A stretch of DNA of 64,000 nucleotides from an uncultured Thermoprotei archaeon (lineage in GTDB: Archaea > Thermoproteota > Thermoprotei > Thermofilales > B15-G2). The stretch lies in assembly GCA_965367815.1 (NCBI GenBank), contig CBDUKN010000002.1, positions 96,001-160,000 of the forward strand, written 5' to 3'. The notes below the pieces were generated by a model. That model saw only the letters and a program-made list of their open reading frames with translations. It was not told where the DNA came from and searched no databases. The position numbers and the translations under genes were made by a program. This document shows positions 10,270 through 21,187 of this stretch, piece after piece. Every line of letters starts with the position of its first letter. The first letter of the stretch is position 1.

Positions 10270-11003
10270 ATTTTTAGGCTATAAAATTTAATTGTATTAT
10301 CTAAAACCTTTTCCGCAACTTCCTCTATACTTATGTTCTTTACTTTAGCTAGTCCTTTTAGCGAGATAAGTGTGTCTGCTGGTTCAGCTATCTTTCCTCT
10401 GTAGTTTACAGGAGAGTCGCTTTCAACAAGAATACGGTCTAGCGGAAATTTTTCTACTGCTGCTATGTGCTTCCGCTGGTATTCTATTGCTGGTGTGACT
10501 GATATATAGTATCCCTTTTTCTCTATTTCAGTGAGTAAGTCTAGGGGTCCACTGTACCAGTGAAAGACTGCCTTTTGAACGCCTTCTTCTACTATGACTT
10601 CGAATGCTTTGCGCCAGGCGTCTCTAGCGTGTATTATCAATGGTTTATCTAGCTCTATAGCTAGTTTTGCTACCTCTCTGAAAGCCTTAATTTGAAGCTC
10701 TTTGCTTGTTTTAATTTTGAAATCTAAGCCTACTTCACCTATAGCGACTATTTTATCGGCTTCACTTCTTATCTGCTCTAAAACCTTTGAATAGTTTTCA
10801 TCGAGTTCCCAGGGATGAAGTCCTAGTGCTGGATAAACATAGTTTTTATACTTCTCCCAGATTTCGAGAACTTGAATATTTGATGAGTAATCTGAACCTA
10901 CTGCGACAACTGCTATTACTCCAGCAGCTTGGGCTCTTTTTAAGACTTCTTCGAGATTATCTATTTCCTCTAAGTGTGCATGCGCATCAATGACTTTTAC
11001 CAC
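10266..11003 (-). CDS. tatD: TatD-family DNase
   Basis: DAHAH, GLHPW, IGEVGLD, IHAR, FHWY, ESDSP. Confidence 0.93.
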   Translation of the reverse strand: MVKVIDAHAHLEEIDNLEEVLKRAQAAGVIAVVAVGSDYSSNIQVLEIWEKYKNYVYPALGLHPWELDENYSKVLEQIRSEADKIVAIGEVGLDFKIKTSKELQIKAFREVAKLAIELDKPLIIHARDAWRKAFEVIVEEGVQKAVFHWYSGPLDLLTEIEKKGYYISVTPAIEYQRKHIAAVEKFPLDRILVESDSPVNYRGKIAEPADTLISLKGLAKVKNISIEEVAEKVLDNTIKFYSLKI

Positions 11004-11019
11004 AAGTAAGTAGTTTCAT

Positions 11020-11280
11020 TTAAAACATATTACGGTAACTCTTGTTTCGCTTATCTACTACTACGTCGAGGATATCGTATATTTCTCCTCTTCGAACCAT
11101 TTCTTCATAAGTCTTCCATATTCTCTTGATAGTTAGATAGGAGCAGTCAAATCCTTCCTCCATTAATACTTCGTAGACTGCTTGCGGAAAATCATGTGGA
11201 TGAAGAATAACTTTTCCCAAAGCTTTCTTTATAGCGTTCATGAGATCTTTTCTACTGGGGTACTTTTTCTTTCGGGTCAT
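11020..11280 (-). CDS. Small conserved hypothetical protein
   Basis: 86-aa basic ORF heading the tatD operon; RIWKTYEEMVRRG..YD.LDVV motif. Confidence 0.7.
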   Translation of the reverse strand: MTRKKKYPSRKDLMNAIKKALGKVILHPHDFPQAVYEVLMEEGFDCSYLTIKRIWKTYEEMVRRGEIYDILDVVVDKRNKSYRNMF

Positions 11281-11343
11281 TTCGCGTCAATCTCAGTCAT
11301 ACTATAAATTTATTATCCTTTTCTGTAATGAGTACTAGAAAAC

Positions 11344-12717
11344 ATGCCAACTATGTGGTCGATCCTCTACTATCTCCGTAATGATCCCGAGAAACTGAAG
11401 TGGAATATGAGAATACGTGGCCTAGACGACGGTACTATCGACCGCGCTCTAGAACTAGATACTCTGTGGAGAAAAACTTTAACTGAGCTAAATGAGCTGC
11501 GTAGGGAACATAATAAGATTTCTAGAGAGATAGGTAGACTTAAAGGTGAAGAAAGAGAAAAGAAGCTTGCTGAGGCTAAAAAACTTTTAAAACTTATAGA
11601 AGAAAAAGAAAATAAATTAAAGCAAATCGAATATAAGAGAGAGAAAATCCTCCTCAGTATACCGAATATTGTCCACGAGTCTGTGCCCCAGGGCGAAGAT
11701 GAAGAAGACAATGTTCCAATAAAGTTCTGGGGGAAACCTAAAGTTTGGAAAGGCTACCTTGACCGCTTTAAGGAGCAAACTAAAGGATTTAATGTAGAAT
11801 ACGAGGTTCTCGACTGGAAACCTATTGGCCACGCCGACATGCTTGATGTACTTGGACTAGGCAATACTATGAAAGCAGCCGAAGTAGCTGGTTCAAGGTT
11901 CTACTACATTTTCGATGATTTAGTGTGGCTCGATATCGCTTTACTACTGTACGCGCTAGACTTCTTGACAAAAAACGGTTTTCGCGTAGTGATACCTCCC
12001 TATATGCTTAGAAGAAGACCTTATGAAGGAGTAACCGCACTCTCAGACTTCGAAGACGCTATTTACAAAATTGAAGGAGAAGACCTGTATTTAATAGCTA
12101 CTTCAGAACATCCTCTTGCAGCGTTACACATGAACGAAATACTTGAAGAAAAAGACTTACCTTTACTTTACGCCGGCATAAGCCCCTGCTTTAGAAAAGA
12201 AGCTGGAGCTCACGGTAAAGATACTAAAGGTATCTTTAGAGTACACCAGTTCCATAAAGTCGAACAATTTGTTTTCTGCAAGCCTGAGGAAAGCTGGGAG
12301 TGGCATGAAAAACTCTTAGAGAACGCAGAAAAACTGTGGCAGGGACTTGGAATACCCTATAGAGTAGTAAATATATGTACGGGGGACTTAGGTGTAGTGG
12401 CAGCTAAGAAATATGATCTTGAAGCCTGGATGCCTGCTCAAGGAAAATACCGCGAAATGGTTTCATGTAGCAACTGTACTGACTGGCAGAGCTATAGACT
12501 CAAGATAAGGTTTAGGAGAAGAAAAACAGGCGAAAGAGAATACGTGCACACCCTAAATAGTACAGCTATAGCTTCTACAAGAGCAATAACAGCAATACTC
12601 GAAAACTATCAAGAGCCAGATGGCAGTGTAAAAATACCCAAAGTATTAAGACCCTACTTAGAGCTATTTCCTCAAGCACCTAAAGACATTATTCTACCCC
12701 GAAAGAAAAAGAAATGA
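11344..12717 (+). CDS. serS: Seryl-tRNA synthetase
   Basis: N-terminal coiled coil, [33 protein letters not shown]. Confidence 0.97.
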   Translation: MPTMWSILYYLRNDPEKLKWNMRIRGLDDGTIDRALELDTLWRKTLTELNELRREHNKISREIGRLKGEEREKKLAEAKKLLKLIEEKENKLKQIEYKREKILLSIPNIVHESVPQGEDEEDNVPIKFWGKPKVWKGYLDRFKEQTKGFNVEYEVLDWKPIGHADMLDVLGLGNTMKAAEVAGSRFYYIFDDLVWLDIALLLYALDFLTKNGFRVVIPPYMLRRRPYEGVTALSDFEDAIYKIEGEDLYLIATSEHPLAALHMNEILEEKDLPLLYAGISPCFRKEAGAHGKDTKGIFRVHQFHKVEQFVFCKPEESWEWHEKLLENAEKLWQGLGIPYRVVNICTGDLGVVAAKKYDLEAWMPAQGKYREMVSCSNCTDWQSYRLKIRFRRRKTGEREYVHTLNSTAIASTRAITAILENYQEPDGSVKIPKVLRPYLELFPQAPKDIILPRKKKK

Positions 12718-13982
12718 AAATAGAGGACTTAATATCATTTGTATCGAGGCTTATTTACTATATTGAGGAAAAGAATACTTCATTTGATAAAGCATTCATA
12801 TATACTAGAAACTACTTTAAGACAAAGAGACCTCTTAAATTATATTTTTATATATCAAAGGACATTGTATCAAAGTATTATTTTTTAAAAATTATTTCAA
12901 AGGAATTTTTTGGTAGAGAAACTCGAAAAAATATTGTAAAAACATGGCTTATACTCTATGGCGAACAGTACCCGTCTCTTAGAGATGCTTCGTTGAGGCT
13001 TAAACGCAAAATTGCAAGAAGAGGAAAACAGGTAAGTATAGACAATATTATGTGCAGCTTACCTGATGAAGACAAAATAGCTTTTAAGTATTCTGTTCCG
13101 CCGTGGATTGTAAAGACTTTACGAAAATACATGTCTATAGGAGAGATAGAACTATTATTGAAGTCAATGCTCAAAGAGACTTTGTGGATTCGAGTAAATA
13201 CCTTGAAAATTTCTTTAAGTGAAGCTAAAAAGTATTTTGAAGAAAATGAAGTCGTAGCTGAGCAAGATTCTGATTACTGCTTCTTATTTAAAGTACTTAA
13301 AAGCAAAAAACCTATTCATATGCTAGATTACGTTAGAGAAGGCAAGATTATAATACAAGATAAAGCGTCTATTGTGGCTGTAGATGCACTTGAATTGAGT
13401 GAAAATGACGTTATATTAGACTTGTGTGCTGCCCCAGGCTTAAAAACATCTCTTATTTTTCAGTTTTTAGAAAACAAATGTCGTGTTGTGGCTTGCGACA
13501 TTTCATGGCAGCGACTTAAAAACATGAAAAAACTCTTAAAGTTATATGGAGTTGATTTAAGTAAAGTCGATTTAATTAAAATGGATTCAAGAAAAATACC
13601 TTTTAGAAAATTGATTAGAGTAACAAAAGTGCTAATAGACGCCCCCTGCTCTTCGAGCGGCGTTATGCTTAGAGACCCTGCTATTCGAATACAGCTTAAA
13701 GACTCTGACTCTATAGGAAGTTATATCATTGTGCAGAAAGGCCTTGTACAAGAGGCTGTAAAGCATTTTCGAGGAAAAGAAATAGTATATGCTACCTGTT
13801 CACTTTTTCCTCAAGAGGGAGAAGAAATAATTGATGCTGTGTTCAGTGAAGTGAAGCTCTATCCACTAAAAGTACCCGGGAACCCGGGGTATAGGGGATT
13901 TAAGTGCTCAAACTACGTTAAAAGACTATTTCCTCATGTACACGACACTAACGGCTTTTTTATAACAAAATTCGCTGCTTAG
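12714..13982 (+). CDS. RsmB/NOP2-family RNA m5C methyltransferase
   Basis: [32 protein letters not shown]. Confidence 0.92.
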   Translation: MKIEDLISFVSRLIYYIEEKNTSFDKAFIYTRNYFKTKRPLKLYFYISKDIVSKYYFLKIISKEFFGRETRKNIVKTWLILYGEQYPSLRDASLRLKRKIARRGKQVSIDNIMCSLPDEDKIAFKYSVPPWIVKTLRKYMSIGEIELLLKSMLKETLWIRVNTLKISLSEAKKYFEENEVVAEQDSDYCFLFKVLKSKKPIHMLDYVREGKIIIQDKASIVAVDALELSENDVILDLCAAPGLKTSLIFQFLENKCRVVACDISWQRLKNMKKLLKLYGVDLSKVDLIKMDSRKIPFRKLIRVTKVLIDAPCSSSGVMLRDPAIRIQLKDSDSIGSYIIVQKGLVQEAVKHFRGKEIVYATCSLFPQEGEEIIDAVFSEVKLYPLKVPGNPGYRGFKCSNYVKRLFPHVHDTNGFFITKFAA

Positions 13983-13985
13983 CAT

Positions 13986-15614
13986 TCAACATACCCCGCA
14001 TTGAGTGCATTTTTCAAAGCATGCCGGAGTTATTTCAGCTGAAAGAAATTTCTCGTACTCTTTTCGCAGATATTCTTCTTTGACACCGGTTTCTACTACA
14101 CTCCAAGGCTTGAGTTCGATCATTTTCTTAAGATATTTCTGAGGATTTATACTGAAGCTCGATAAGGCTTTTCTCCAGCCACTTTTTCCTCCTCCTAGTT
14201 TAGCTGCATAGGTAATTACTTCACTTAAAGACGAATCTCCAAGAGATAAAATCGCTTGAATTTGCGCGTCAAATGGGCTGTAGCCCTCTACTCTTGAAAC
14301 CGGCTTGAGAATTTTTTCTAGAAATGCCCTTTTCTTCTGCAGTATTGATTTATCTTCAATTATTATCCACTGAAGTGGAGTATGTGCTTTGGGTATTAGA
14401 GGATTTATTGAAACTCTTATGTTTTCTCTAGACAACTTTAATCTAGTTTTTATCTCTTTAACTAATTCAGCTATTTCATTGAAGTCTTCTTTTTCTTCTC
14501 CTGGGATACCGTAAAGGAAATAGAGTTTAATATTTCGTATACCTAACTTTACTGCACTTAAACATTTATTTATAATTTCACTATTCTCAATTGGTTTATT
14601 TAATTTTAATCTAATTCTTTCACTACTTTCAGGCGCTATAGTTAGAGTTCTCTGACCGAGCTCCGCCATAAGCTTTAAGACGTCGTCCTCAACGGCATCT
14701 GTTCTGAGTGCAGGTAAAGATACTGAAAGTTCTTTTTCTTTGCAGTACTCTAAAAGCTTTAAAAGATTTTTATAGTCGCTTAGCGAAGAACCTATTAAGA
14801 CTATCTTGTCTACCTGACTATTTTCAATAGTCTTGTCTACAAGCTCTTTAATTTTAGTAAGGGATCTTTCTCTATATGGTCTAAAACAGTATCCTAAGAG
14901 ACAAAATCTGCAGCCTCTTCCACAGCCGCGAGTTACTTCGATTTGCGCTGCTTTTCCAAAAACAGGTTCTAGCTCTCTGTGCTCAGTTATCGGCAAAATT
15001 TGTCGAGTTGGATGAAGGACTTTGTCAAGGTCTTTTACCCATACTCTTTCTGTACGGTCGCTTACTCCTGGCACGTAAGTGCCATCGATTTCAGCTAGTT
15101 TAGGAAGACTCTCTCTATTTTGCTTTACTTCAGCTGCCTCATAGACTAGCTCTATTAAAGAAGGTTCTGCCTCTCCTATGAAACAAGCATCTGCTATGTT
15201 TTCTAGTGGCCGAGGATTTGCTGTAACTGGAGGCCCTCCTACAATTACCATTGGGTCATTCTCCTTTCTTTCATATCTGGAGGGGTTTATTCCGGCTGAA
15301 ATAAGTATTCGTGCAATGTTTACGTAGTCCAGCTCGTAGTGCACTGAGAATAGTACTACATCGAACTCTCGAAGTGGAGCAGACGACTCAATAGACTTAG
15401 GGGGAGGCTCCCTGCCAGAAAGCGTTGAGAGAACTACTCTCTCGCAAGCGATTTCGGGCTCAGAATTGAGTATAAAATATAGGAGCTGATATCCTAGACT
15501 AGAAATCGCTACCTTATAGATTGAAGGATAGCATAAAGCTACCTTTACTTTTATTCTAGAGAGCCTCTTCTTAACTACATTTCTTTCATCAAATTTTATT
15601 AGTTTATAGCTCAT
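13986..15614 (-). CDS. Radical SAM protein (B12-binding-like N-domain)
   Basis: RGCGRGCRFC (CxxxCxxC), C-terminal CxxxCxxCxxC. Confidence 0.88.
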   Translation of the reverse strand: MSYKLIKFDERNVVKKRLSRIKVKVALCYPSIYKVAISSLGYQLLYFILNSEPEIACERVVLSTLSGREPPPKSIESSAPLREFDVVLFSVHYELDYVNIARILISAGINPSRYERKENDPMVIVGGPPVTANPRPLENIADACFIGEAEPSLIELVYEAAEVKQNRESLPKLAEIDGTYVPGVSDRTERVWVKDLDKVLHPTRQILPITEHRELEPVFGKAAQIEVTRGCGRGCRFCLLGYCFRPYRERSLTKIKELVDKTIENSQVDKIVLIGSSLSDYKNLLKLLEYCKEKELSVSLPALRTDAVEDDVLKLMAELGQRTLTIAPESSERIRLKLNKPIENSEIINKCLSAVKLGIRNIKLYFLYGIPGEEKEDFNEIAELVKEIKTRLKLSRENIRVSINPLIPKAHTPLQWIIIEDKSILQKKRAFLEKILKPVSRVEGYSPFDAQIQAILSLGDSSLSEVITYAAKLGGGKSGWRKALSSFSINPQKYLKKMIELKPWSVVETGVKEEYLRKEYEKFLSAEITPACFEKCTQCGVC

Positions 15615-15626
15615 GGAGACTACTTA

Positions 15627-16226
15627 CTATATATCTGATAGCAGCCATATATAGCTCCGAGTCTCAAGACCCCTGAACATAACTTTCTTTAACTCAAATA
15701 AAAGGTCTTTAGTGTAGTCAAGCAGATAGCTTTTCATCGTCTCATCGGGTACATTTAGGAAGTACGGCCAGCTTTTTTCAAACATAGAGAGAGCTTTTAA
15801 GTAGAGAACCATTAGAGGCTTGTCTTTAAATGTTTTCTTTAGCTTCTCTAAATCGTTTACTACTTCGTCAGCTTTTCTAACAAGTACTTTACTTAATCTA
15901 ACATACTTTCCTTTCATTCCCTCAATTAACCTAAAGGCTATTCGCTTACCTCTATCAGTTAGCATATATTTTTTTACAAGCCCTCCTCCAGGACTTCTGA
16001 CAACATGACATTTAATGAGACCATCCATTTCCAGCTTTACTAGAGCTTTAGTTAGCTCGTGACTATAGGGCCCAAAAGTACCAAGACCGTAGTTGAAGTC
16101 TATGTACTTGTATATAAAGAACATTAGCTGAATTCTCGCAAAACCGTGAATAGGAGACGCGTTATCTACTGCGAGCAGTATTAATGGCCATACCTCTTTC
16201 GCAGGCTTAATGATGTCTTTGAGCAC
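15627..16226 (-). CDS. YwgA/SocA-like winged-helix protein
   Basis: I.G..R.Q...F ... FGPYSHEL...L..L...GLI ... YMLTDRG pattern. Confidence 0.6.
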   Translation of the reverse strand: MLKDIIKPAKEVWPLILLAVDNASPIHGFARIQLMFFIYKYIDFNYGLGTFGPYSHELTKALVKLEMDGLIKCHVVRSPGGGLVKKYMLTDRGKRIAFRLIEGMKGKYVRLSKVLVRKADEVVNDLEKLKKTFKDKPLMVLYLKALSMFEKSWPYFLNVPDETMKSYLLDYTKDLLFELKKVMFRGLETRSYIWLLSDI

Positions 16227-16317
16227 AGGAGGAAGGAATCAATAGGGAATTTAAGAATTTCGATAAAGCTCTACTGGTCGTTAAATCATTTATTTTGGAG
16301 AGAGAATAGAGTTAAAT

Positions 16318-17064
16318 GTGATTATAGACGTTCACGCACACATAGGATGCGACCACAGATTCGGTTTTAGGCTTTCAGCCAAAGACCTTGTAGCAGCCAT
16401 GGATAAATACGGCATTACTTGTTCTTTTATTTCATCTGTGAAGAGCCTGATTTACGACTATAGGGAAGGAAATGACGATGTAGAAGAAGCTTGCATAAAA
16501 TACCCCAAAAGGCTACTTGGATTAGCCGCCATCCACCCTTTGTATGGAGAAGAAGCGTTAAAAGAACTTAGAAAACGACTATCTAGAAAAGAATTTATTG
16601 GAATAAAAATACACCCATTTTACTTTAATACTCCGGCTAATAGCCCATTAATGTATCCTATTGTCGAGGAAGCTATCCGCATGAAAGCCCCGCTTTTCAT
16701 CCACTCTTATGATGGAGGAATTGAAGTAAGTGACTTAGCAGACAGGTATCCGGATGCCATAATAGTAATGTACCATATGGGTGGCGGAGACTGGGAAGAA
16801 GGAGTTTTACGTGTCAAAAAATACGAGAATGTTTACGTCGAGATGTCAAGCTCTTTTGTTGATATAGGAATGGTCGAAACAGCAGTAGAGATGTTAGGAG
16901 AACACAGAGTGCTGTATGGAAGCGATATCCCTTTTCAGACTCCCGCTATATCTATTGCCAAAGTGTTGGAGGCAAATATACCTGAATATGTTAAAGAGCT
17001 TATTTTCTACAAAAATGCTTTAAATTTATTTAATTTAAGGGGAGAATATGATAGATGTTTCTAG
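16318..17064 (+). CDS. Amidohydrolase_2-family metal-dependent hydrolase
   Basis: IDVHAH, GIKIHP, IHS, YHMGG, YGSD. Confidence 0.88.
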   Translation: MIIDVHAHIGCDHRFGFRLSAKDLVAAMDKYGITCSFISSVKSLIYDYREGNDDVEEACIKYPKRLLGLAAIHPLYGEEALKELRKRLSRKEFIGIKIHPFYFNTPANSPLMYPIVEEAIRMKAPLFIHSYDGGIEVSDLADRYPDAIIVMYHMGGGDWEEGVLRVKKYENVYVEMSSSFVDIGMVETAVEMLGEHRVLYGSDIPFQTPAISIAKVLEANIPEYVKELIFYKNALNLFNLRGEYDRCF

Positions 17065-17773
17065 TTTCATAGGAAGCCTTCCTAAAAGACCCGATAGACT
17101 CTCAGTAAACGGTATACTTAGTTTAGCTAAAAAACACGGAATAAAATACTTAATATTATCTCATACATCCGCTCATCTTAGCAAAAGTACTTTCTACGGG
17201 AACAGACTACTTCAATCAATTATCAAGAAATATACTCAACTGTATATGGCATATGTCTTTAATCCTTTAGCTCCCGAAGAAGAATATGTAGGAGAAAAAG
17301 TCAAGTTAGTTAGAGTAAGTCCACTTTATCACGGCTACTCTCTTACAGAAGACAAATTAGTCCGTAGAATACGTGACTTTGCTGAAAAGCTCTCAGTACC
17401 TATACATATCCCTCTACGTCTACATTTTTCGGAGCCGTATCAAGTAAAAGTGACCGCTGTAAGAGACTTTGTATTTAAGTGTGAAGACATACCCGTTATA
17501 GTCGGTGGATTCAATTATGATATCTTTCTAGAAGTATTGAGATACTTAGGTAAATTTGATAACGTATACTTTGAGATATCTTTGCTTCAAAGCTATAGAG
17601 CAGTAGAAACTCTTGTAAAAGAGGTAAGTGCTGATAGAGTTCTTTTTGGAACTAATATGCCTTTCAGCTATCCGTTGGCATCAATACTTAAAGTATCTAA
17701 AGCTGATCTTTCCGAAAAAGAAAAAAAGTTGATTTTCGAAGAAAATACTAAAAAACTTTTAAAATTTGATTGA
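17048..17773 (+). CDS. Amidohydrolase_2-family paralog lacking metal ligands
   Basis: Same fold pattern (NVYFEIS, DRVLFGTNMP) but IDVSSF replaces HxH. Confidence 0.75.
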   Translation: MIDVSSFIGSLPKRPDRLSVNGILSLAKKHGIKYLILSHTSAHLSKSTFYGNRLLQSIIKKYTQLYMAYVFNPLAPEEEYVGEKVKLVRVSPLYHGYSLTEDKLVRRIRDFAEKLSVPIHIPLRLHFSEPYQVKVTAVRDFVFKCEDIPVIVGGFNYDIFLEVLRYLGKFDNVYFEISLLQSYRAVETLVKEVSADRVLFGTNMPFSYPLASILKVSKADLSEKEKKLIFEENTKKLLKFD

Positions 17774-17774
17774 G

Positions 17775-20009
17775 CTACTTCTTTCTTTTTCTAAGTATTA
17801 TTATTGCTATTGCTGCAACGACAACTATAACGAAAACTGCTATTACTGCTGGAGTAAAGATTTCTGGTGGCTGTACTACCTCTATTGTTAATGTTTCGCT
17901 TATTTCAGGATAGTTATCTGCATAGGCTTTTACTTTGATTACAGCAGTTCCTGCTTTCACTCCCTCTATTTTTACCTCAATTTGTTTAGATCCTTTAGGA
18001 TCAATATTTCCAAGAATATATTTTGTCGCCTCTACTTCGATGTTTTCAGCTGTTACTAGTTCTACTATTACATTTCTTGCTACTCCATCGCCTACATTGT
18101 TCACTACTATGACTATTTTGTCCATTTTACCTTTCTCGACTTTCTTTGGTGCAGTGACGCTGAGCTTTAATTCTGGCTTTGCTAGGACTATTTCTAGTGT
18201 AGTTTCGTTAGAATTGCCTGCAAAGTCTGTAGCTTTAGCTTTTATGTATAGTACTCCGGCTTTCTCTATGTTTTCTTTTGACTCGGGAATCCAGACTATG
18301 TATACTACTTTACTGAATTCTGGATCTACTAAATCCATTAGTGATGGCTCGTGCCAAGTTTTTCCGTCGAGTGAATACTTTACTTCTACTTCATCGACGC
18401 CCCAGCCATGGTCTTCGGCTTTAACTGTAACTAGTGTCCAGGAGTCCTCGAAATTAAGTTGCTTCGATATAGTCACTTTAGGAGGCTCTTTGTCTTCTAC
18501 CGCGGCTACTGTGAACTTTACAACAGATTCAGGAGGCAGAGTCACATTGTGTAACACTATGTAGTAGCAGTCTTCTGCTTCAATAACCGTGTAATTTGGT
18601 GTGTATGGATACCACCTATACTCGGAAAGAGGCTTGTCTTTAGGCAGTTTAAATACTATTCTTATGTTGTAGAAGGCCTGCTTCAGCTCATTTTTGGCTC
18701 TAAATGATACTGCATAATGTTTGCCGTCATTTGCTGGCGCGTAGTAGTATTCAATTGTACCCACTTTATACGGTTTAATTCCCTCTCCTAAGTCTATTGG
18801 TATTGAGTTGGGGTACTTGAAAAGACCCGATGCAGCGTAATATAGTGTACTCTCATCTACTGTTCCGTTAGCATATATTGTTATGAACTTAAAGCCGCGA
18901 ATGTCTTTTTCTCTGACATCATATGCTACTGCTGCAGGACAGATGAAGTAGTGTCTATGTCCTTGAGCGTCCTCGATAACAACGTTGAGGTCTGTGTGTA
19001 TGTGCTCTGAGAGAATTAACCTTACATCGTATTTTATGACGAGTGTAAAGAGGTATCTTGCTTCTTCAATGTGATCTCTCCACGATGGGTAGAGATACTT
19101 TTTGATATAGTCAAAGTCGCTTTCATTAGTAATTTTCACTACTTGAGTTAAAACATCTTTCCACTCAGGTGAGAATAGTGGATGATGGAAAGCAAGTATT
19201 TTCACTTTACACTTTGTAGTAGCAAGTATTGACTCAGCCCACTGAAGGTACTTTTTGGGAATCCATCCGTCACTACCTGTGGGGAGAGCTATTATCAAGA
19301 AATCGCCTATAGTAACACTGTAGTTTTGTGGACCCATTATGCTCTCGTATGTTTCCGCGACCCAGCCGTAGTCATATTCATGGTTTCCTATTACAACATA
19401 GCATGGACACTCCAGCATTAAAAAGGATCCTAGAAACAGCTTCCATCCGCTTGAGCTAGTAGGTCTTTCAACTAGGTCTCCAATGAATATCGCTAAATCT
19501 GGATTAAGCAGATTTATTGTCTTTATAGCCTCGTAGAAGTATATTGCTCCTCCAGGAGTCTTTGTGTCAGCAAAGGCCAAGAGTCTCAACTTCTTAGGCC
19601 ATGACTCTAAAACCCAGACACTATGCGGCTCTTCAACTTTCTTTTTCTCTCCATCTTTAAACTCGAGTACTAAATCATATAATCCTTTAGGCACTTCATC
19701 TGGCAGCTTAAAGTGTACAGTCCATATTTTTTCATTTTTATTGAACGATGATGAAATATATTCAAGTGTGAATTTACCATAATATTTGCTGACAATATAT
19801 GCTGACCATTCTCCGGCATTTTCACTAGCCTTGACTACTACTTTAAGATTACTACCTTTTAAGACAGGCTCAGGTATTGATGGCAGCGGTCTTTTTACTA
19901 TCTGAGCATAGAGTACGACAGGAGCATAGGGTGGAGGCGCTACAGCGGCATATTGGATGCAAAGTACTGCTATTAGCAGCAGAGTAGCTAAAACTAAGTT
20001 GTGCCTCAC
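17775..20009 (-). CDS. Secreted membrane-anchored metallophosphoesterase with Ig-like/CARDB domains
   Basis: Signal peptide, GDLV, GNHE, HHP, HIH; C-terminal beta domains, TM, basic tail. Confidence 0.85.
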   Translation of the reverse strand: MRHNLVLATLLLIAVLCIQYAAVAPPPYAPVVLYAQIVKRPLPSIPEPVLKGSNLKVVVKASENAGEWSAYIVSKYYGKFTLEYISSSFNKNEKIWTVHFKLPDEVPKGLYDLVLEFKDGEKKKVEEPHSVWVLESWPKKLRLLAFADTKTPGGAIYFYEAIKTINLLNPDLAIFIGDLVERPTSSSGWKLFLGSFLMLECPCYVVIGNHEYDYGWVAETYESIMGPQNYSVTIGDFLIIALPTGSDGWIPKKYLQWAESILATTKCKVKILAFHHPLFSPEWKDVLTQVVKITNESDFDYIKKYLYPSWRDHIEEARYLFTLVIKYDVRLILSEHIHTDLNVVIEDAQGHRHYFICPAAVAYDVREKDIRGFKFITIYANGTVDESTLYYAASGLFKYPNSIPIDLGEGIKPYKVGTIEYYYAPANDGKHYAVSFRAKNELKQAFYNIRIVFKLPKDKPLSEYRWYPYTPNYTVIEAEDCYYIVLHNVTLPPESVVKFTVAAVEDKEPPKVTISKQLNFEDSWTLVTVKAEDHGWGVDEVEVKYSLDGKTWHEPSLMDLVDPEFSKVVYIVWIPESKENIEKAGVLYIKAKATDFAGNSNETTLEIVLAKPELKLSVTAPKKVEKGKMDKIVIVVNNVGDGVARNVIVELVTAENIEVEATKYILGNIDPKGSKQIEVKIEGVKAGTAVIKVKAYADNYPEISETLTIEVVQPPEIFTPAVIAVFVIVVVAAIAIIILRKRKK

Positions 20010-20113
20010 GAGATACCCCCAAGATATTTAACTGCCCTTTATTAATAATCTTCTTCTTGTGTACTAAGAAGACTATTTGAAAGGACCTCGGTAAGAAAAT
20101 ACCTTTAAAAGGC

Positions 20114-21184
20114 TCACTCTTTAGGCAAAATTATGACATACTCATAAGGTATATATACTTTTACTGTACTTTTAAGCGGTGGGTTAAACCACGGCTCTAC
20201 GTTGACAAGCAGACTTATGTTGCCTAGACTTATTCTCATTTGGTTAAACGGTCCTACAAACGATGTCCACTCAACAGTGCCTTCGAACTCGTTGGCTTTG
20301 CTTGGGTCATCTATCTGTAGTGCAAAGTCTTCGGGTTTGAGTACCGCATAGGCAGGCTCTCCCTTTTTTACTTTTATGTCTCTGTCTGGGATAATGCCCT
20401 TGATTTTGATGTTGTCTGTTACTAGTGTAACTAGGCCACCTTCAACTTTCTCTATTTTACCCTCTATTAGAGAACAGCGTCCAAGGAATGTTGCTACAAA
20501 CAAGTTCTTTGGTCTGCGGTAGACTTCATTTGGCTCTCCTACTTGCATTATCTTCCCTTGGTTCATTACGGCTATTCTATCGGATATCACTAAGGCTTCT
20601 TCTTGGTCGTGTGTGACATATATGGTGGTTATCTTGAGCTTTTTCTGCAATTTTTTAAGTTCCTCTCTCATTTCTATTCTCAGTCTGGCATCTAAGTTGC
20701 TAAGAGGCTCGTCTAGTAGCAGTACCTTAGGCTCTATTACGAGAGCTCTAGCTAAAGCAACTCTTTGCTGCTGTCCTCCGCTCAGCTGCGTAGGGTATCT
20801 GTCTTCAAGGCCTTTTAGCTTGACTAATTCTAGTACTTCGAGTACTCTTTTCCTAATTTCACTCTTAGAATACCCCCTTATCTTAAGACCATAGGCCACG
20901 TTCTCGAAAACAGTCATGTGAGGCCATAGAGCATAGTTCTGAAAGACCATTCCTGTGTTTCGCTTATAGGGGGGCAGGTCTGTGACGTCTTCGTCGTCGA
21001 AGAATATTTTACCTTCATCAGGATACTCTAGTCCGGCTATTACTCTAAGAGTAGTCGTCTTACCACATCCACTGGGACCGAGGAATGTGAAGAATTCCCC
21101 CTCTTTTATACTTAAAGTGACATTGTCTACTGCTACTACTTTCCCGAAGCGCTTAGTAACCTTTTGGAGCTTTACTTCAACCAT
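20114..21184 (-). CDS. ABC transporter ATP-binding subunit (FbpC/PotA-like)
   Basis: GPSGCGKT, LSGGQQQR, LLLDEP, VTHD. Confidence 0.95.
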   Translation of the reverse strand: MVEVKLQKVTKRFGKVVAVDNVTLSIKEGEFFTFLGPSGCGKTTTLRVIAGLEYPDEGKIFFDDEDVTDLPPYKRNTGMVFQNYALWPHMTVFENVAYGLKIRGYSKSEIRKRVLEVLELVKLKGLEDRYPTQLSGGQQQRVALARALVIEPKVLLLDEPLSNLDARLRIEMREELKKLQKKLKITTIYVTHDQEEALVISDRIAVMNQGKIMQVGEPNEVYRRPKNLFVATFLGRCSLIEGKIEKVEGGLVTLVTDNIKIKGIIPDRDIKVKKGEPAYAVLKPEDFALQIDDPSKANEFEGTVEWTSFVGPFNQMRISLGNISLLVNVEPWFNPPLKSTVKVYIPYEYVIILPKE

Positions 21185-21187
21185 ACT

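Noticed and set aside
13872-13892. GC hairpin TACCCGGGAACCCGGGGTA in the m5C methyltransferase as a second intron
   Set aside because: Frame is intact, it encodes an ordinary PGNPGY segment, and there are no BHB bulges
17935-18564. Long antisense ORFs (also 279-629, 44722-45246, 59340-59828 and others)
   Set aside because: Shadow frames opposite well-supported genes, with S/T/F-rich non-protein-like composition
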